Assembly (NCBI RefSeq): GCF_041737375.1
Contig: NZ_JBGSRV010000006.1
Coordinates: 134,022-198,021 of the forward strand
DNA from: Vampirovibrio sp.
GTDB taxonomy: Bacteria; Cyanobacteriota; Vampirovibrionia; Vampirovibrionales; Vampirovibrionaceae
DNA length: 64,000 nucleotides
Reading direction: 5' to 3'
Shown: positions 38,930 to 48,710 of the stretch, piece by piece
Layout: each line of letters opens with the position of its first letter
Numbering within the stretch: position 1 is the stretch's first letter
Position numbers and translations under genes: made by a program
The notes under the pieces: generated by a model
Told to the model about the DNA's origin: nothing
What the model saw: the letters and a program-made list of their open reading frames with translations, nothing else
Database searches by the model: none

Positions 38930-40048
38930 TTAATAGTGGTGGATCACGCTTGCGCCTAACAGTCCAAAAAAGTAGGGTTGGGTCATGCTGCCCAGCAGGC
39001 GAAAGCCCCGCTCCAGCCAAGCGGCTTTGGAATCGGGAATATAAACCACGTCTCCCGGCATCAGCGCCATGTTGAATTGGTTGCGATTCACCACCCAGCG
39101 TTTAAACCCGTCTTTGGCATCTGGCCTTTGAATGATGATGGCATCCCGTTTGGACAAGCCCGGTACAAAGCCGCCCGCTTTGGCAATGGCGGCGTTTAAG
39201 GAGTTATGGGTGGGATCCATTTGAATTTCACCTTGCGCTTTGACGGCACCCAGCACAATCACTGGAAAGGTGTCTCTAAAATAGGTGGAATGGCTGAGTT
39301 GCCGGAACGTGATGGCATCCATGGGTGCTGTGGCTTCTGGAACCATCACCGTATCTTCTGGCAACAACCAGATATCTTTTCCGGTGCCGGTTAAAAAATC
39401 CTGCAGGTTAAATGTTTGTTGTTCACCGGTGGAGGTATGACGGATCTGAATATGGGCAATGTCGGCATTGGCCTTAACGCCGCCTGCTTTACCCAGAACG
39501 TTGCTGATGGTGGTTTCTATGCCTTGTTGCACCGTGCTGTTTTCCGGGGTGGGAATGGAGGTTGCCACCCGGTTAAACTGATAGGTGCCAGGATGTTGCA
39601 CCGCCCCATTCACATAAATCATGGCGGGCCGCATCGATTCTACGTCAATGCCAATGCGGGGCTCCAGAAGATAAAGCTTGAACTCTTCGGTCAATAAGGT
39701 TTGTAATGCCTGAATGTCTGTGCCGGAAAGCTGATGCTCGCCAAAGGGGTGAATGGTGGCAAACCCATCGGGGCGAATCGTCACGCTTTGGTTGAACTGA
39801 TCCAGATCCTGAATTTTGATGCCAATGCGATCGCCCGGCCCCAAGGTATAGCGTGAAGACTGATTGGCCACCCGGCCACGCACCAGACTGACGGGCAGCG
39901 TTACGCCGCCCAAATCCTGAATGCTCAGGTTGGCTGGTTGATCATTGGCTGCCATTGTAAATGGCATGGTTAACAGGCTGATGGTTAAGGACATGCCAGC
40001 CCAGAACCAGAAGCCATTCAGCTTTTTGGTCACAGTTTCTTTCTCCAA
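38930..40048 (-). CDS. Polysaccharide export outer-membrane protein (Wza family: Poly_export + SLBB domains)
   Basis: Signal peptide, a PGDRIGIKI Poly_export motif and repeated SLBB-like segments. Confidence 0.75.
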   Translation of the reverse strand: MEKETVTKKLNGFWFWAGMSLTISLLTMPFTMAANDQPANLSIQDLGGVTLPVSLVRGRVANQSSRYTLGPGDRIGIKIQDLDQFNQSVTIRPDGFATIHPFGEHQLSGTDIQALQTLLTEEFKLYLLEPRIGIDVESMRPAMIYVNGAVQHPGTYQFNRVATSIPTPENSTVQQGIETTISNVLGKAGGVKANADIAHIQIRHTSTGEQQTFNLQDFLTGTGKDIWLLPEDTVMVPEATAPMDAITFRQLSHSTYFRDTFPVIVLGAVKAQGEIQMDPTHNSLNAAIAKAGGFVPGLSKRDAIIIQRPDAKDGFKRWVVNRNQFNMALMPGDVVYIPDSKAAWLERGFRLLGSMTQPYFFGLLGASVIHHY

Positions 40049-40200
40049 TAGAAATGCCCTTCTAATGGGTATTATGAAACCCTGATTCCCGTCACCGATT
40101 CCCCCAGATTGAGGATTCCATTTTTGCGAATTGGCGGATTGAAAGCGTTATTTTGGAGAGGCAGCCCATTCATCGGTGCATCTCTCCAGTCATCCATGAA

Positions 40201-40238
40201 AAAACCCGCTACTGGTTTAGTCGTAGCGGGTTTTTTTA
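40201..40238 (-). terminator. Rho-independent terminator downstream of the pirin gene (cccgctac-N9-gtagcggg flanked by A- and T-runs)
   Basis: 8-bp perfect stem. An A7 tract on the plus strand (T-run on the minus strand) makes it fit the minus-strand pirin transcript. The T7 on the other side makes it potentially bidirectional. Confidence 0.65.
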
Positions 40239-40242
40239 GAGG

Positions 40243-40977
40243 TTAAACAAGGGGTTGATGGGGTCTTAACTCAAAAAGTAACACTTGCGAATCCGGCTCC
40301 AGCCCGGTCACTCGTAGAGGGTCGCCGTGGTTGGAAAAGCCCAGCGCGTCTCCCGATTCCAGAATTTGATCCGCAATTTCGACAGCGCCCGTGGCCACAT
40401 GCAACCAGTAACTCCGCTTGGCATCGAGGTCAAATCCGGCTTCTTGATCTCGATCCAGTTTGGCGAGATAGATGGCCGCATCTTGATGGATCAACACCGA
40501 TTCCGGCGAAGGGTGGCGAGAGGCAATGGGTTGAAACTGCCCCGACTGGCTGAGGGAAAAGGCTTTTTGTTCGTAACCGGGTTGCAAGCCTTTGCTTTCT
40601 GGGGTAATCCAGATTTGAAGCAGGTGTACTTCTTCGGTGGCCGATGGGTTGAATTCACTGTGCAGCACGCCGGTGCCTGCGGTCATGCGCTGAATTTCCC
40701 CGGGTCGAATCATGGAGCCATTACCCAGATTATCCTTATGCTCCAGCTCGCCTTTGAGTACCACGGTGACGATTTCCATATCCCGGTGTCCGTGGGTGGA
40801 AAATCCCCCACCGGGCTTGACCCGATCGTCATTAATGACCCGCAAGTCACTAAAATTCATGAACCGAGGCTCATAATAATCCCCGAAGGAAAAGGTGTGG
40901 AAGCTTTCCAACCAGTCAATCCGGGTATGGCCCCGTTCATGGCGGTTGCGATAAAGGGTGGTGGTGGTTGCGTTCAT
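40243..40977 (-). CDS. Pirin-family protein (bicupin)
   Basis: Pirin N-terminal cupin metal-binding motif HGHRDMEIVTVVLKGELEHKD...GN...IRPGEIQRMTAGTGVLHSE. Confidence 0.8.
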   Translation of the reverse strand: MNATTTTLYRNRHERGHTRIDWLESFHTFSFGDYYEPRFMNFSDLRVINDDRVKPGGGFSTHGHRDMEIVTVVLKGELEHKDNLGNGSMIRPGEIQRMTAGTGVLHSEFNPSATEEVHLLQIWITPESKGLQPGYEQKAFSLSQSGQFQPIASRHPSPESVLIHQDAAIYLAKLDRDQEAGFDLDAKRSYWLHVATGAVEIADQILESGDALGFSNHGDPLRVTGLEPDSQVLLFELRPHQPLV

Positions 40978-41027
40978 GGGAGGCGTCTCCAGTCTTTTTT
41001 TGAGTTTAGAGGGTGGCCTATCTTACG

Positions 41028-41480
41028 TTAGGCCGCCTGTTTGGCGGTTTGCGACTGGCGAGAGAATGTTCTTAGCAGCCAGTAATCCACTGAAAATTTA
41101 CCGGGACTGTTCAGCAGAAACAGCAATGAACCTGCCAGATACACGCTTGCCAATTCGCTGGAACCGGTCTGAGCGCCAGTGGCCACAAAAGGATCGCCGC
41201 CGGGAATATGAACCAGACCCAGCGCACCAATCATGGTGCCAAACAGCAGCAGGCTGGCTAGCGGGGTTAGCAGACCTAAAATCAGGGCGATGCCGCCCAA
41301 CAGCTCGGAATAAGCGGCGACTGCCTGCAAAATGCCGGGGAGGGCATCACCCATCCAGCCAAAGGCGTTTTGGGCTTTGGGCAAGCCGTGAAAAATGAAA
41401 GCCGCCCCCATCACCACCCGAAAGCCTAACAGGCCCAGCGATGGTAGGGTTTTGGTTTGAAAATAAGGGCTAATATTCAT
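41028..41480 (-). CDS. DoxX-family membrane protein
   Basis: 150 aa with 4 TM. The FIFHGLPKAQNAFG motif is typical of DoxX. Confidence 0.6.
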   Translation of the reverse strand: MNISPYFQTKTLPSLGLLGFRVVMGAAFIFHGLPKAQNAFGWMGDALPGILQAVAAYSELLGGIALILGLLTPLASLLLFGTMIGALGLVHIPGGDPFVATGAQTGSSELASVYLAGSLLFLLNSPGKFSVDYWLLRTFSRQSQTAKQAA

Positions 41481-41510
41481 GGGTATCTCCTTTATGAGGT
41501 TTTAATGGGT

Positions 41511-42038
41511 TTATAAAAGACCATTGGCTTGCTTGCCCAATTTTTTAAGCAGGTTAATCAGTAAAGTTTTTTCATCTTGATCCAGCCCACGGGTGGCTTG
41601 CTCTAGCGCTTCCACGTGTTTTTTAAAAAAGCGCTCAATTAAATCCTGCCCAGCTTCGGTCAGGTTCACCAGCCGAATGCGGCGATCGGTTGCGGATGCT
41701 TGGCGCTGAACCAGTCCACGTTTTTCTAGCCGATCAATGGCGGTGGTGATGGAGCCGCTGGTGAGCTGAACTTTTTCGCCAATTAAATGAATGGGCATTG
41801 CGCCTTTGTGCAATAGGGCTTCTAGCGTGGCAAAGTCTGAAAAACAAAGCCCTGAGGATTCAATGCTTTTTAAGTCATGCGCAGTAATGGCCTGCGTGGC
41901 TTTTCGCATCACCGTCCACAGGTGAGCGCTTAGGTAAGGCTCAATTTCAGGGTTGTAGGGCGTTGACATGGTGACTGCGCTATTCGTATTTAACTTGATA
42001 TCAAGATACTTTATTTCAAGCCAAATAACAACCCCCAA
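41511..42038 (-). CDS. MarR-family transcriptional regulator
   Basis: Winged-HTH segment SFSDFATLEALLHKGAMPIHLIGEKVQLTSGSITTAIDRLEKRGLVQRQASATDRR. Confidence 0.7.
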   Translation of the reverse strand: MGVVIWLEIKYLDIKLNTNSAVTMSTPYNPEIEPYLSAHLWTVMRKATQAITAHDLKSIESSGLCFSDFATLEALLHKGAMPIHLIGEKVQLTSGSITTAIDRLEKRGLVQRQASATDRRIRLVNLTEAGQDLIERFFKKHVEALEQATRGLDQDEKTLLINLLKKLGKQANGLL

Positions 42039-42064
42039 GCGGGCCTATTTTTGAAGCGGATTCT

Positions 42065-43153
42065 CTACTTTAATTTCCCCGCAAAGCAGATAATATTCTC
42101 TCGGATTACCTGTTTATCGGGGATGTCCGGGTAGGCTTTCAGCGCCGCCTCAATGGCGTTGGCGGGTTGGCCCAAGCCCTCATAGCACAGGCTTAAATAG
42201 TGGTAAGGTTTCCAGCTGTAATCTTCTTCCACAATCAGGCCCGCATCAGGTTTTTGGCAGGTGGTGGCGGCGTTTAGCAGTGGAATGGCTATGTTAAAAT
42301 CCTGATGGCGGTAATGAATGATCCCGAGGTTTAATAATGCTTCCGCCCTGCTGCCATTGATTTGGATGGCTTGATAGCCCAGACTCAATGCCTCTGGATA
42401 ACGATGCAGCTCCATACAGCACAGCATGGCCAAATGCAGGGCCTGATATTGGCTGATTGGCTCGGTTTGGTTCAGGCGCAGGTGTTGTTGAAAGGCTTCA
42501 ATGGCTTCCTCGGGGCGGTTGTGTTGCCGGAGTTCCTTGCCATAGTAATACCAGTTTCTTGGAGATTGATCGCCTTGTTCAATCAATCGCATCAACATTT
42601 TCAGGTTGCGATCACTGGAACGTTCCACGTACTGGGCGGGTTTGTGGTGCTCTACGGCAATATCCAGCCGGTTCAGTACTCTGGCCTCATCCGGCAATAC
42701 AAACGCTTCATGAATGGGAAACTGCCAGCTGCCTCCCGCCGCGCGTCTCAGCAGGCGTTCTCTTGGCATGGAAATCAGGCATTCCCCCTGCCCGTCAAAC
42801 GCAATTTGATAGCTGCAAATCACGGCGTCAATCTCTGCGTTCAGGCCACTGTGTTTTAAATCCAGCAGTTTTTGCTGATGGCTCTCGTTAATCAGGTCAT
42901 CGGCATCCAGCCAAAGAATCCAGTCGCTAGAGCAGTGCGAAAAGGCATGGTTTCTGGCGGCGGCAAAGTCGTCAATCCATTCAAAACAAAACACCCTGGC
43001 CCCGAAAGATTCGGCCAGTGCTTGGGTGCCATCGGTAGAGCCGGTGTCTACAATCACCAGTTCATCGCATAAGTGCTTCACCTGAGACAGAATGCGCCCC
43101 AGCACTTGCGCTTCATTTTTAACAATCATCGCCAGAGACAGGGAAACCGGCAT
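42065..43153 (-). CDS. Family-2 glycosyltransferase with C-terminal TPR repeats
   Basis: GT2 N-terminus (LSLAMIVKNEAQVL...IVDTGSTDGT...LWLDADD) and TPR-like helical repeats in the C-terminal half. Confidence 0.7.
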   Translation of the reverse strand: MPVSLSLAMIVKNEAQVLGRILSQVKHLCDELVIVDTGSTDGTQALAESFGARVFCFEWIDDFAAARNHAFSHCSSDWILWLDADDLINESHQQKLLDLKHSGLNAEIDAVICSYQIAFDGQGECLISMPRERLLRRAAGGSWQFPIHEAFVLPDEARVLNRLDIAVEHHKPAQYVERSSDRNLKMLMRLIEQGDQSPRNWYYYGKELRQHNRPEEAIEAFQQHLRLNQTEPISQYQALHLAMLCCMELHRYPEALSLGYQAIQINGSRAEALLNLGIIHYRHQDFNIAIPLLNAATTCQKPDAGLIVEEDYSWKPYHYLSLCYEGLGQPANAIEAALKAYPDIPDKQVIRENIICFAGKLK

Positions 43154-43237
43154 AAAGAAACCTTTCCATGAGTGGTGTCTCTTAGCTTAAAAAATTGTAC
43201 ACCCTTCGGTAACCCTTGAATGGTGTAAATAAAAACG

Positions 43238-43843
43238 CTAGCGGGCGTTCCGAAAGTTAGAGCTGCGGAGTCCCGCTACTGGACTGTGGGTTATTTCTGT
43301 TGCCACTTTGGCGCGATCAGAGCGGCTTTTTTCCAAGGCTATATTTAAGTCCAAATGCTTTTGCACCATGGCTTGAAATGCCTCAGGCACCTGAGCGAAA
43401 TCTTCGTAGGGAATTTTAAGCAAAAAGGCGGCCTTTTGTAGCGCTCCGCTCTCGGATCCCGCCAGGTAGTAAAACCCTTGCCAAATCTGCTGCAACACAA
43501 ATTCGTTTTCTTGCAGACATTGATGACAGTGATCAAAAATAGTGGCCTTGAAAATTTTGCCGCATTGGCCGCAGTTTTTGATTTTTTCCGAGGTGGTATG
43601 CTGCATGCGAGACTGCTGCAAACAGAAGTTGAACATTTGCTTGATGAAATTCCAGGCCTCTTGTTCGGTATTGAACAGGTAAGGGGCTTTGTTTTCGCCT
43701 TGCCAGCCCGGTTTGAGCAGCTGTTTGTTTTCCCCGTTTTCCATTAACAGGGCAACGCTCCAGCCTTCCCCCAGTCTCACAACATTGAGGGGAAACGGTT
43801 TTTTGGATTCTGCTTTATCGTCTGACGGTTGCACTTCGCTCAT
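43238..43843 (-). CDS. Hypothetical protein with CxxC...HCHQC zinc-ribbon-like motif
   Basis: 201-aa ORF containing CGQCGKIFKATIFDHCHQC. No recognised family. Confidence 0.3.
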   Translation of the reverse strand: MSEVQPSDDKAESKKPFPLNVVRLGEGWSVALLMENGENKQLLKPGWQGENKAPYLFNTEQEAWNFIKQMFNFCLQQSRMQHTTSEKIKNCGQCGKIFKATIFDHCHQCLQENEFVLQQIWQGFYYLAGSESGALQKAAFLLKIPYEDFAQVPEAFQAMVQKHLDLNIALEKSRSDRAKVATEITHSPVAGLRSSNFRNAR

Positions 43844-44045
43844 AAATCGCTTTCAAGCTTATTACCCTACCAATGCCCGCATCATGCTTTTATGAAACAG
43901 GCTTTGGCCTTTCGATGCAAAACGTTTACAAAGTATTTTGGAAGCCGCTTTAGGAACTGGGTTTTTGAAAGGGATGCCGCGCTTGTGTCTATGTGCGTCC
44001 TGTTATAGCCTTAAAAGGTGTTAACGCTATCATTAGGAAGTAATT

Positions 44046-44345
44046 GTGATGCATATTATTGTAGATTTATGCGTAGTGCCATTGGGGGTAGGGGTTTCGG
44101 TTTCGCCGTATATTGTGGCTTGCGAAAAGATTTTGAAAGCGGCTGGCCTGAAAACAAACCTGCATGCTTACGGCACCAATATTGAAGGCGAATGGGACAC
44201 TGTTTTTGCAGCCATTAAACAATGCCATGAAACCATTCACGCCATGGGCGCCCCCCGAATCACTACCACCATTAAACTGGGGTCCCGAACCGATCGGCTG
44301 CAAACCATGGAAGATAAAATTCGCAGCGTACAAGAAAAGCAGTAA
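44046..44345 (+). CDS. MTH1187/YkoF-family (DUF77) small ligand-binding protein
   Basis: MHIIVDLCVVPLGVGVSVSPYIVACEKILKAAGLKT...YGTNIEGEW is the characteristic ferredoxin-like-fold family signature. Confidence 0.65.
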   Translation: MMHIIVDLCVVPLGVGVSVSPYIVACEKILKAAGLKTNLHAYGTNIEGEWDTVFAAIKQCHETIHAMGAPRITTTIKLGSRTDRLQTMEDKIRSVQEKQ

Positions 44346-44460
44346 AATTGGCGGCCTGATTTTCTGTGGCGTGATTTTCTTTTTGGGCTTGCTTTCAGGA
44401 TTTGAAAACAGGGTCTTTAAAAGCCTGTCGGCCACTACTACACTGGTGTAAGATAGAGCT

Positions 44461-45807
44461 ATGAAAAAAAGCTGGCTAATTATAGGGTGTTTGGCACTGG
44501 CCTTATTGGCTGCCGTGTGGTGGCTGCGTGGGCAAGAAGCGCTGGTGCCTGCCATCCAGCTGCATCGAGAGGATGTAACTGCCACCCTGACGGTGACCGG
44601 TGAAGTGCGTGGGGATACCACCGTTAGTTTTAGCCCGCCCGTCACCGCTAAAATTACCCGAATTTTAGTGGATGAGGGTGATCGGGTGCAAAAAGGGCAG
44701 TTGCTGGCCCAGTTGGAAAATCGGGAAACCAGAGCCAAAGCGCAACAGGCTCAGGCCCAGGTGAAACAGGCTAGGCAAGCGTATGCCAATGTGGCGCAAG
44801 GAACCCGTCCCGAACAGGTGTTATATCAGGAGCAACGATACGCCGAATCTACCCAAAGGGTTGAGCAGGCAGCCGCTGCGTTGGCAGTGGCAAAGGCGCA
44901 AGCCGTGGATGCGGGCAAGAATGCCCAGCGCTTTCAGCAGCTGTTCAAGCAGGAGTTGGTGAGTACTCAGGAGTATGAGGCGGCTCAACTGCAGCGGACC
45001 GTCAGTCAAAAAACGGTGGAGCAGCGTCAGGCGGATGTGGTTGCTGTTAAGCGGCAACAATCACAAGTAGCCGCCCAATTGCAGGAAGCACGCAATGGCC
45101 CCACCCGTCCCCAGTTGGGCGAAGCCCGAGAAGGGGTAACTGTGGCTCAAGACAACGCCAATGCCGTTTTGGCCCAGTTAAACGATTATAAAATGGTCAG
45201 CTCGATTTCAGGGGTGGTTTTGGAGCGTTTTAAAGATCCCGGCGATTTGGGGCGGCCAGGGGACGCCATTTTAAAAATCGTCAATCCAGAAACCCTGGAA
45301 GTGGTTTGCTCCGTTGAGGAAAAAGATTTGGCCAAGGTGCGGGTTGGGGATTTAGCCTATGTGGTTCTGGATGCTTTGCCGGATGTCGGTCTACAGGGCA
45401 AAGTCCGCAGGGTGGGCAGTCAGGTAAACCCGGATAATGGTACGGTGGAAGCTCGGGTGATTTTGTTGCCCTCGGCGTGGAGCAAGCTTAAAACGGTCGG
45501 GTTTTTACCGGGCATGACCGCTGATGTGAACGTGATTACGGGTCACTTGAAGCAAGCACTGGTTATTCCTGCTGCTGCCGTTAAAAATGAGAATGGGCGC
45601 TGGTTTGTTTATTTGTTACGGGAAAAGCGCTTTGTGAAACAGTTTGTGCAGGGGGAGCGCATTTCCATTGAGAATTTTCGGGTGGCGCAGGGCTTGAAGG
45701 AAGGGGATTGGATCGCTGCTTTGGCCAATGAAAAATTGCTGGAAAAGCGGAACGTCAAGCCCGTCAAAGCCACCGAGCAATCCGCTGCCCCTCCGGTGAG
45801 TCGATAG
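44461..45807 (+). CDS. Efflux periplasmic adaptor subunit (HlyD/MacA family)
   Basis: N-terminal anchor, a long Gln/Ala coiled-coil hairpin, and beta-barrel/MP domains (VRVGDLAYVVLDALPD..., ALVIPAAAV). Confidence 0.75.
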   Translation: MKKSWLIIGCLALALLAAVWWLRGQEALVPAIQLHREDVTATLTVTGEVRGDTTVSFSPPVTAKITRILVDEGDRVQKGQLLAQLENRETRAKAQQAQAQVKQARQAYANVAQGTRPEQVLYQEQRYAESTQRVEQAAAALAVAKAQAVDAGKNAQRFQQLFKQELVSTQEYEAAQLQRTVSQKTVEQRQADVVAVKRQQSQVAAQLQEARNGPTRPQLGEAREGVTVAQDNANAVLAQLNDYKMVSSISGVVLERFKDPGDLGRPGDAILKIVNPETLEVVCSVEEKDLAKVRVGDLAYVVLDALPDVGLQGKVRRVGSQVNPDNGTVEARVILLPSAWSKLKTVGFLPGMTADVNVITGHLKQALVIPAAAVKNENGRWFVYLLREKRFVKQFVQGERISIENFRVAQGLKEGDWIAALANEKLLEKRNVKPVKATEQSAAPPVSR

Positions 45808-45816
45808 AACGAAAGG

Positions 45817-47097
45817 TTGTTCATGGCTGGTCTGTTTACCCATCAATTGCCGGTGGAGTTGTATCTGGCCAAGCGGTATGTGTCCGCTAACCCGAAACAA
45901 TCCCTGATTATTATGTTGGCCGTGGGTATTGGGGTGGCGTTAATTGTATTTATTCCTTCCATTAACCTCAGTTTTTTTCAATATTTTCTGGATAAAACTG
46001 TGCAAAATTCGGCGCACATCAACCTGACCCGAGAGCTGGACACCATGCCTCGCAATCAGGTTTTGCTCAAGCAGGCGTTAAGCGCTCAGGGCGAAACGGG
46101 GCGCATTCTTTTTTCGGATCAAACCAGTACCCGCCGTCGCAATATCAACGCTTATAAACGGTTGTTATCCGAGTTGGAAAAATTTCCGGGCATCCTTGCG
46201 GTGGCCCCCAGCGTACGGGATCAGGTTATTGTGGTAAAAGGCAGTCAAAATCAGGCGGCCACCCTGCAAGGCATTATGCCTGCCCTGGAAAATCAGGTCA
46301 ATCAACTGGAAACCGATGTGGTAGAAGGCAATTTGATGGCCATGGGCCCTAACGATGTTTTTTTAGGCAGCGCTTTGGCCGAGGAATTGAATGCCGGGGT
46401 TGGCGATCGGGTGCAACTGATTACCCCTTACGGCAGCCGGAGTTACAAGGTGGCTGGCCTCATTAAATCCGGGGTTTACCAGCAGGATTTAACCAAGGTT
46501 TTGCAACCGTTGGAATCGGCGCAAAATTTACTGGATTTGGATAATGAAATTACCAATGTCAGCATTAAAATCACCGACATTTATCAGGCAGAAAACATGG
46601 CCCGTCAGCTGGCTGATTTGTATCAGTTAAAAGCCCGCAGCTGGATGGAAGACAACAAGATTTTTCTGGATCAGATTAATAATTTTCGCATTATTATTGC
46701 GGTCATTAACTTTTTAATTGTGTTTGCCGCTGCCACCAGTATTACCAGTATTTTAATTATGGTGGTCGCTTCCAAATCCAGAGAAATCGGAATTTTAAAG
46801 GCAATGGGGGCCTCTCCGCAAGTGATTATGCGCTTATTTATCGCTCAAGGCATCGGGTTAAGCATTATGGGCACCATGGCCGGTTTTGTGGGGGCTTATG
46901 GGTTGATTACTTTATATAACGTAAGTCCCTTGGCCAAAGGGGAAACCATTTTGGGCATTGAACGACCACCCACCGTCATGAATTTGGAGTACGCCTTGCT
47001 GGCTCTGGTTTACGCTTTAATTAGCAGTGTGCTGGCCAGCTTGTTTCCGGCCTGGAGGGCTAGCCGTCTGGATCCTGTAGAAGCAATTAATCAATAG
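45817..47097 (+). CDS. ABC transporter permease, FtsX/MacB-like (large periplasmic domain + 4 TM)
   Basis: An N-terminal TM, a ~220-aa periplasmic domain, and three C-terminal TM segments with the FtsX signature (EIGILKAMGAS). Confidence 0.75.
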   Translation: MFMAGLFTHQLPVELYLAKRYVSANPKQSLIIMLAVGIGVALIVFIPSINLSFFQYFLDKTVQNSAHINLTRELDTMPRNQVLLKQALSAQGETGRILFSDQTSTRRRNINAYKRLLSELEKFPGILAVAPSVRDQVIVVKGSQNQAATLQGIMPALENQVNQLETDVVEGNLMAMGPNDVFLGSALAEELNAGVGDRVQLITPYGSRSYKVAGLIKSGVYQQDLTKVLQPLESAQNLLDLDNEITNVSIKITDIYQAENMARQLADLYQLKARSWMEDNKIFLDQINNFRIIIAVINFLIVFAAATSITSILIMVVASKSREIGILKAMGASPQVIMRLFIAQGIGLSIMGTMAGFVGAYGLITLYNVSPLAKGETILGIERPPTVMNLEYALLALVYALISSVLASLFPAWRASRLDPVEAINQ

Positions 47098-47103
47098 GGC
47101 TTT

Positions 47104-47796
47104 ATGGCAGAACCTGTTTTATTGCGAATTGAAAAATTGAGTCGTGTTTACGGCGATGTTCAACCTGTTTATGCTTTAAAAGAGGTCAGTTTAACCATTC
47201 AGCAAGGCGAGTTTTTAAGCGTGGTGGGGCCCAGTGGATCTGGAAAAAGTACGTTTATGAACGTGATTGGGTTACTGGATAAACCATCCAGCGGTTCTCT
47301 GAAATATCTGGATGAAGAGACGGCGGATTGGTCCGAGCAGCGCCGTTCCCGCTTTCGAAATCAGGAGATGGGCTTTATTTTTCAGGCCCATATGTTATTA
47401 CCTGAGTTTACGGCTTTGGAAAACGTGATGATGCCTTTGCGGATTGGAAAAAATTTAAATGCGAAAAGCAAAGCCAAGGCTCAGGAATTGCTGATACGCA
47501 TTGGCTTGGGGGACCGCATCCACCATCGTCCGGGGCAATTGTCGGGTGGGCAAAATCAGCGGGTGGCCATTGCCAGAGCCTTGGTAAACCGTCCTAAAAT
47601 TGTGTTTGCCGATGAGCCAACCGGGGCGCTGGATTCACAAACCAGCTTGGCGGTGTATGAGTTGATGCGTGAAATCCATCAGGATGAGCAAGTGACCTTT
47701 GTGATTGTGACCCATGAACAGGCCCTTTCCGGTAAAACCGATCGCGTGGTTCACTTGCTGGACGGCACCATTCAGTCCGATGCGCTTCAGGTTTGA
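47104..47796 (+). CDS. ABC transporter ATP-binding protein (MacB/LolD-type)
   Basis: Walker A GPSGSGKST, LSGGQNQRVAIARAL and Walker B VFADEPTGALD. Confidence 0.85.
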   Translation: MAEPVLLRIEKLSRVYGDVQPVYALKEVSLTIQQGEFLSVVGPSGSGKSTFMNVIGLLDKPSSGSLKYLDEETADWSEQRRSRFRNQEMGFIFQAHMLLPEFTALENVMMPLRIGKNLNAKSKAKAQELLIRIGLGDRIHHRPGQLSGGQNQRVAIARALVNRPKIVFADEPTGALDSQTSLAVYELMREIHQDEQVTFVIVTHEQALSGKTDRVVHLLDGTIQSDALQV

Positions 47797-47841
47797 TTAT
47801 TCTAGAGTTTTTTTCGTAAAAATAAAAAATTTCATAACAGC

Positions 47842-47868
47842 AAAAAACCTCCGGCTTAAACGGAGGCC
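47842..47868 (-). terminator. Intrinsic terminator (cctccgg-N7-cggagg) with U-tract on the minus strand, immediately 3' of the tRNA-like fragment
   Basis: A 6/7-bp GC stem. The A6 run at 47842-47 becomes T6 on the minus strand, directly after the hairpin. Confidence 0.5.
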
Positions 47869-47879
47869 TTCAAAAAAAG

Positions 47880-47960
47880 TGGTCGGGATGACAGGATTTG
47901 AACCTGCGACCCCTTCGTCCCGAAGGATGATCTTGAAAACCGACTTCCCGAAAGGGTTTC
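47880..47960 (-). other. tRNA 3'-half-like fragment (variable-arm hairpin, T-arm GCAGGTTCAAATCCTGT, acceptor 3' strand, discriminator, CCA) without matching 5' half; probable att-site remnant
   Basis: The minus strand reads ...CCTTCGGGACGAAGGGGTCGCAGGTTCAAATCCTGTCATCCCGACCA. This carries the canonical T-loop and CCA end. No complementary 5' acceptor strand (CGGGATG) or D/anticodon arms are found. Confidence 0.5.
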
Positions 47961-48166
47961 CAGGATCCTTGTGGACTTTTCAGAAATTTTACGTCGCAAA
48001 AAATCACTTTTACGCCCCAGATTTCTAAAAGTTGATCCTGATTCTTTATACCACATCAGCGTTTAGAGAATACTCTACATATACCTGTCGACACAAGCGC
48101 GACATAAAATTTCAGGTTTGAGCACTTTGGTAAAGCAGTTGTCTGTTCTTTTTTTCAATCGAGGGG

Positions 48167-48508
48167 TTAGAGTGTTAGCTGCACTTTTATGATTTGCTCA
48201 ACTGTCGCAAGGTCTTTTCTGGAGAGCGTTCCAAGTTGGGTCTTTAGACGTTCTTTGGCTGCCGTAGTGAGTTGACTGGCGATGGCTTTGCTTTGAATGC
48301 CGTCAATGGTAACCAGGCACTCTGCCGGGTAGAGTTTAGTGATTTTGCTGCTTAAGGGGATTACTTGGACTCGGTTTAGATATCGATTGGATTCGTCATT
48401 GCTGATGATGACCGCTGGTCGAGTTTTTTGAATCTCTCCGCCCAGTGAAGGGTCAAAGGCTATCCACCATACTTCGCCCCGTTTAGGATGGTTCACGGAC
48501 GTCCCCAA
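48167..48508 (-). CDS. Type II toxin, MazF/PemK-family endoribonuclease
   Basis: RGEVWWIAFDPSLGGEIQKTRPAVIISND matches the PemK/MazF N-terminal motif. It overlaps the upstream small antitoxin gene. Confidence 0.7.
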   Translation of the reverse strand: MGTSVNHPKRGEVWWIAFDPSLGGEIQKTRPAVIISNDESNRYLNRVQVIPLSSKITKLYPAECLVTIDGIQSKAIASQLTTAAKERLKTQLGTLSRKDLATVEQIIKVQLTL

Positions 48509-48710
48509 TCAAGCTGTTAGACCATTCTAGGGCTTCTTTTTCTTGAGCTTCATCTTCCGAGGCCATCCGGTAACCTTCGGCAAGACCGCTGCGCACAACA
48601 TGTGGCCGCGCTAAATCTTCCAGGAATTGACTGATATTGCCAGGCCCTACAACCGCCTGCAGACCTTCATAGACATCTTCGGTAACCGTGATGGTCAACT
48701 TACGTTTCAT
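48483..48710 (-). CDS. Type II antitoxin (MazE/PemI-like partner of the MazF-family toxin)
   Basis: A 75-aa acidic-tailed protein overlapping the toxin start by 26 nt. The TA-typical arrangement is the main support. Confidence 0.5.
   Translation of the reverse strand: MKRKLTITVTEDVYEGLQAVVGPGNISQFLEDLARPHVVRSGLAEGYRMASEDEAQEKEALEWSNSLIGDVREPS

Noticed and set aside
47880-48250. Possible tmRNA (ssrA) gene on the minus strand starting from the tRNA-like 3' end
   Set aside because: No 5' acceptor strand complementary to CATCCCG (i.e. CGGGATG in the RNA) occurs within 400 nt. A gene of ssrA length would overlap the MazF-like toxin ORF. It is therefore interpreted as a 3' fragment or att remnant rather than a complete tmRNA.
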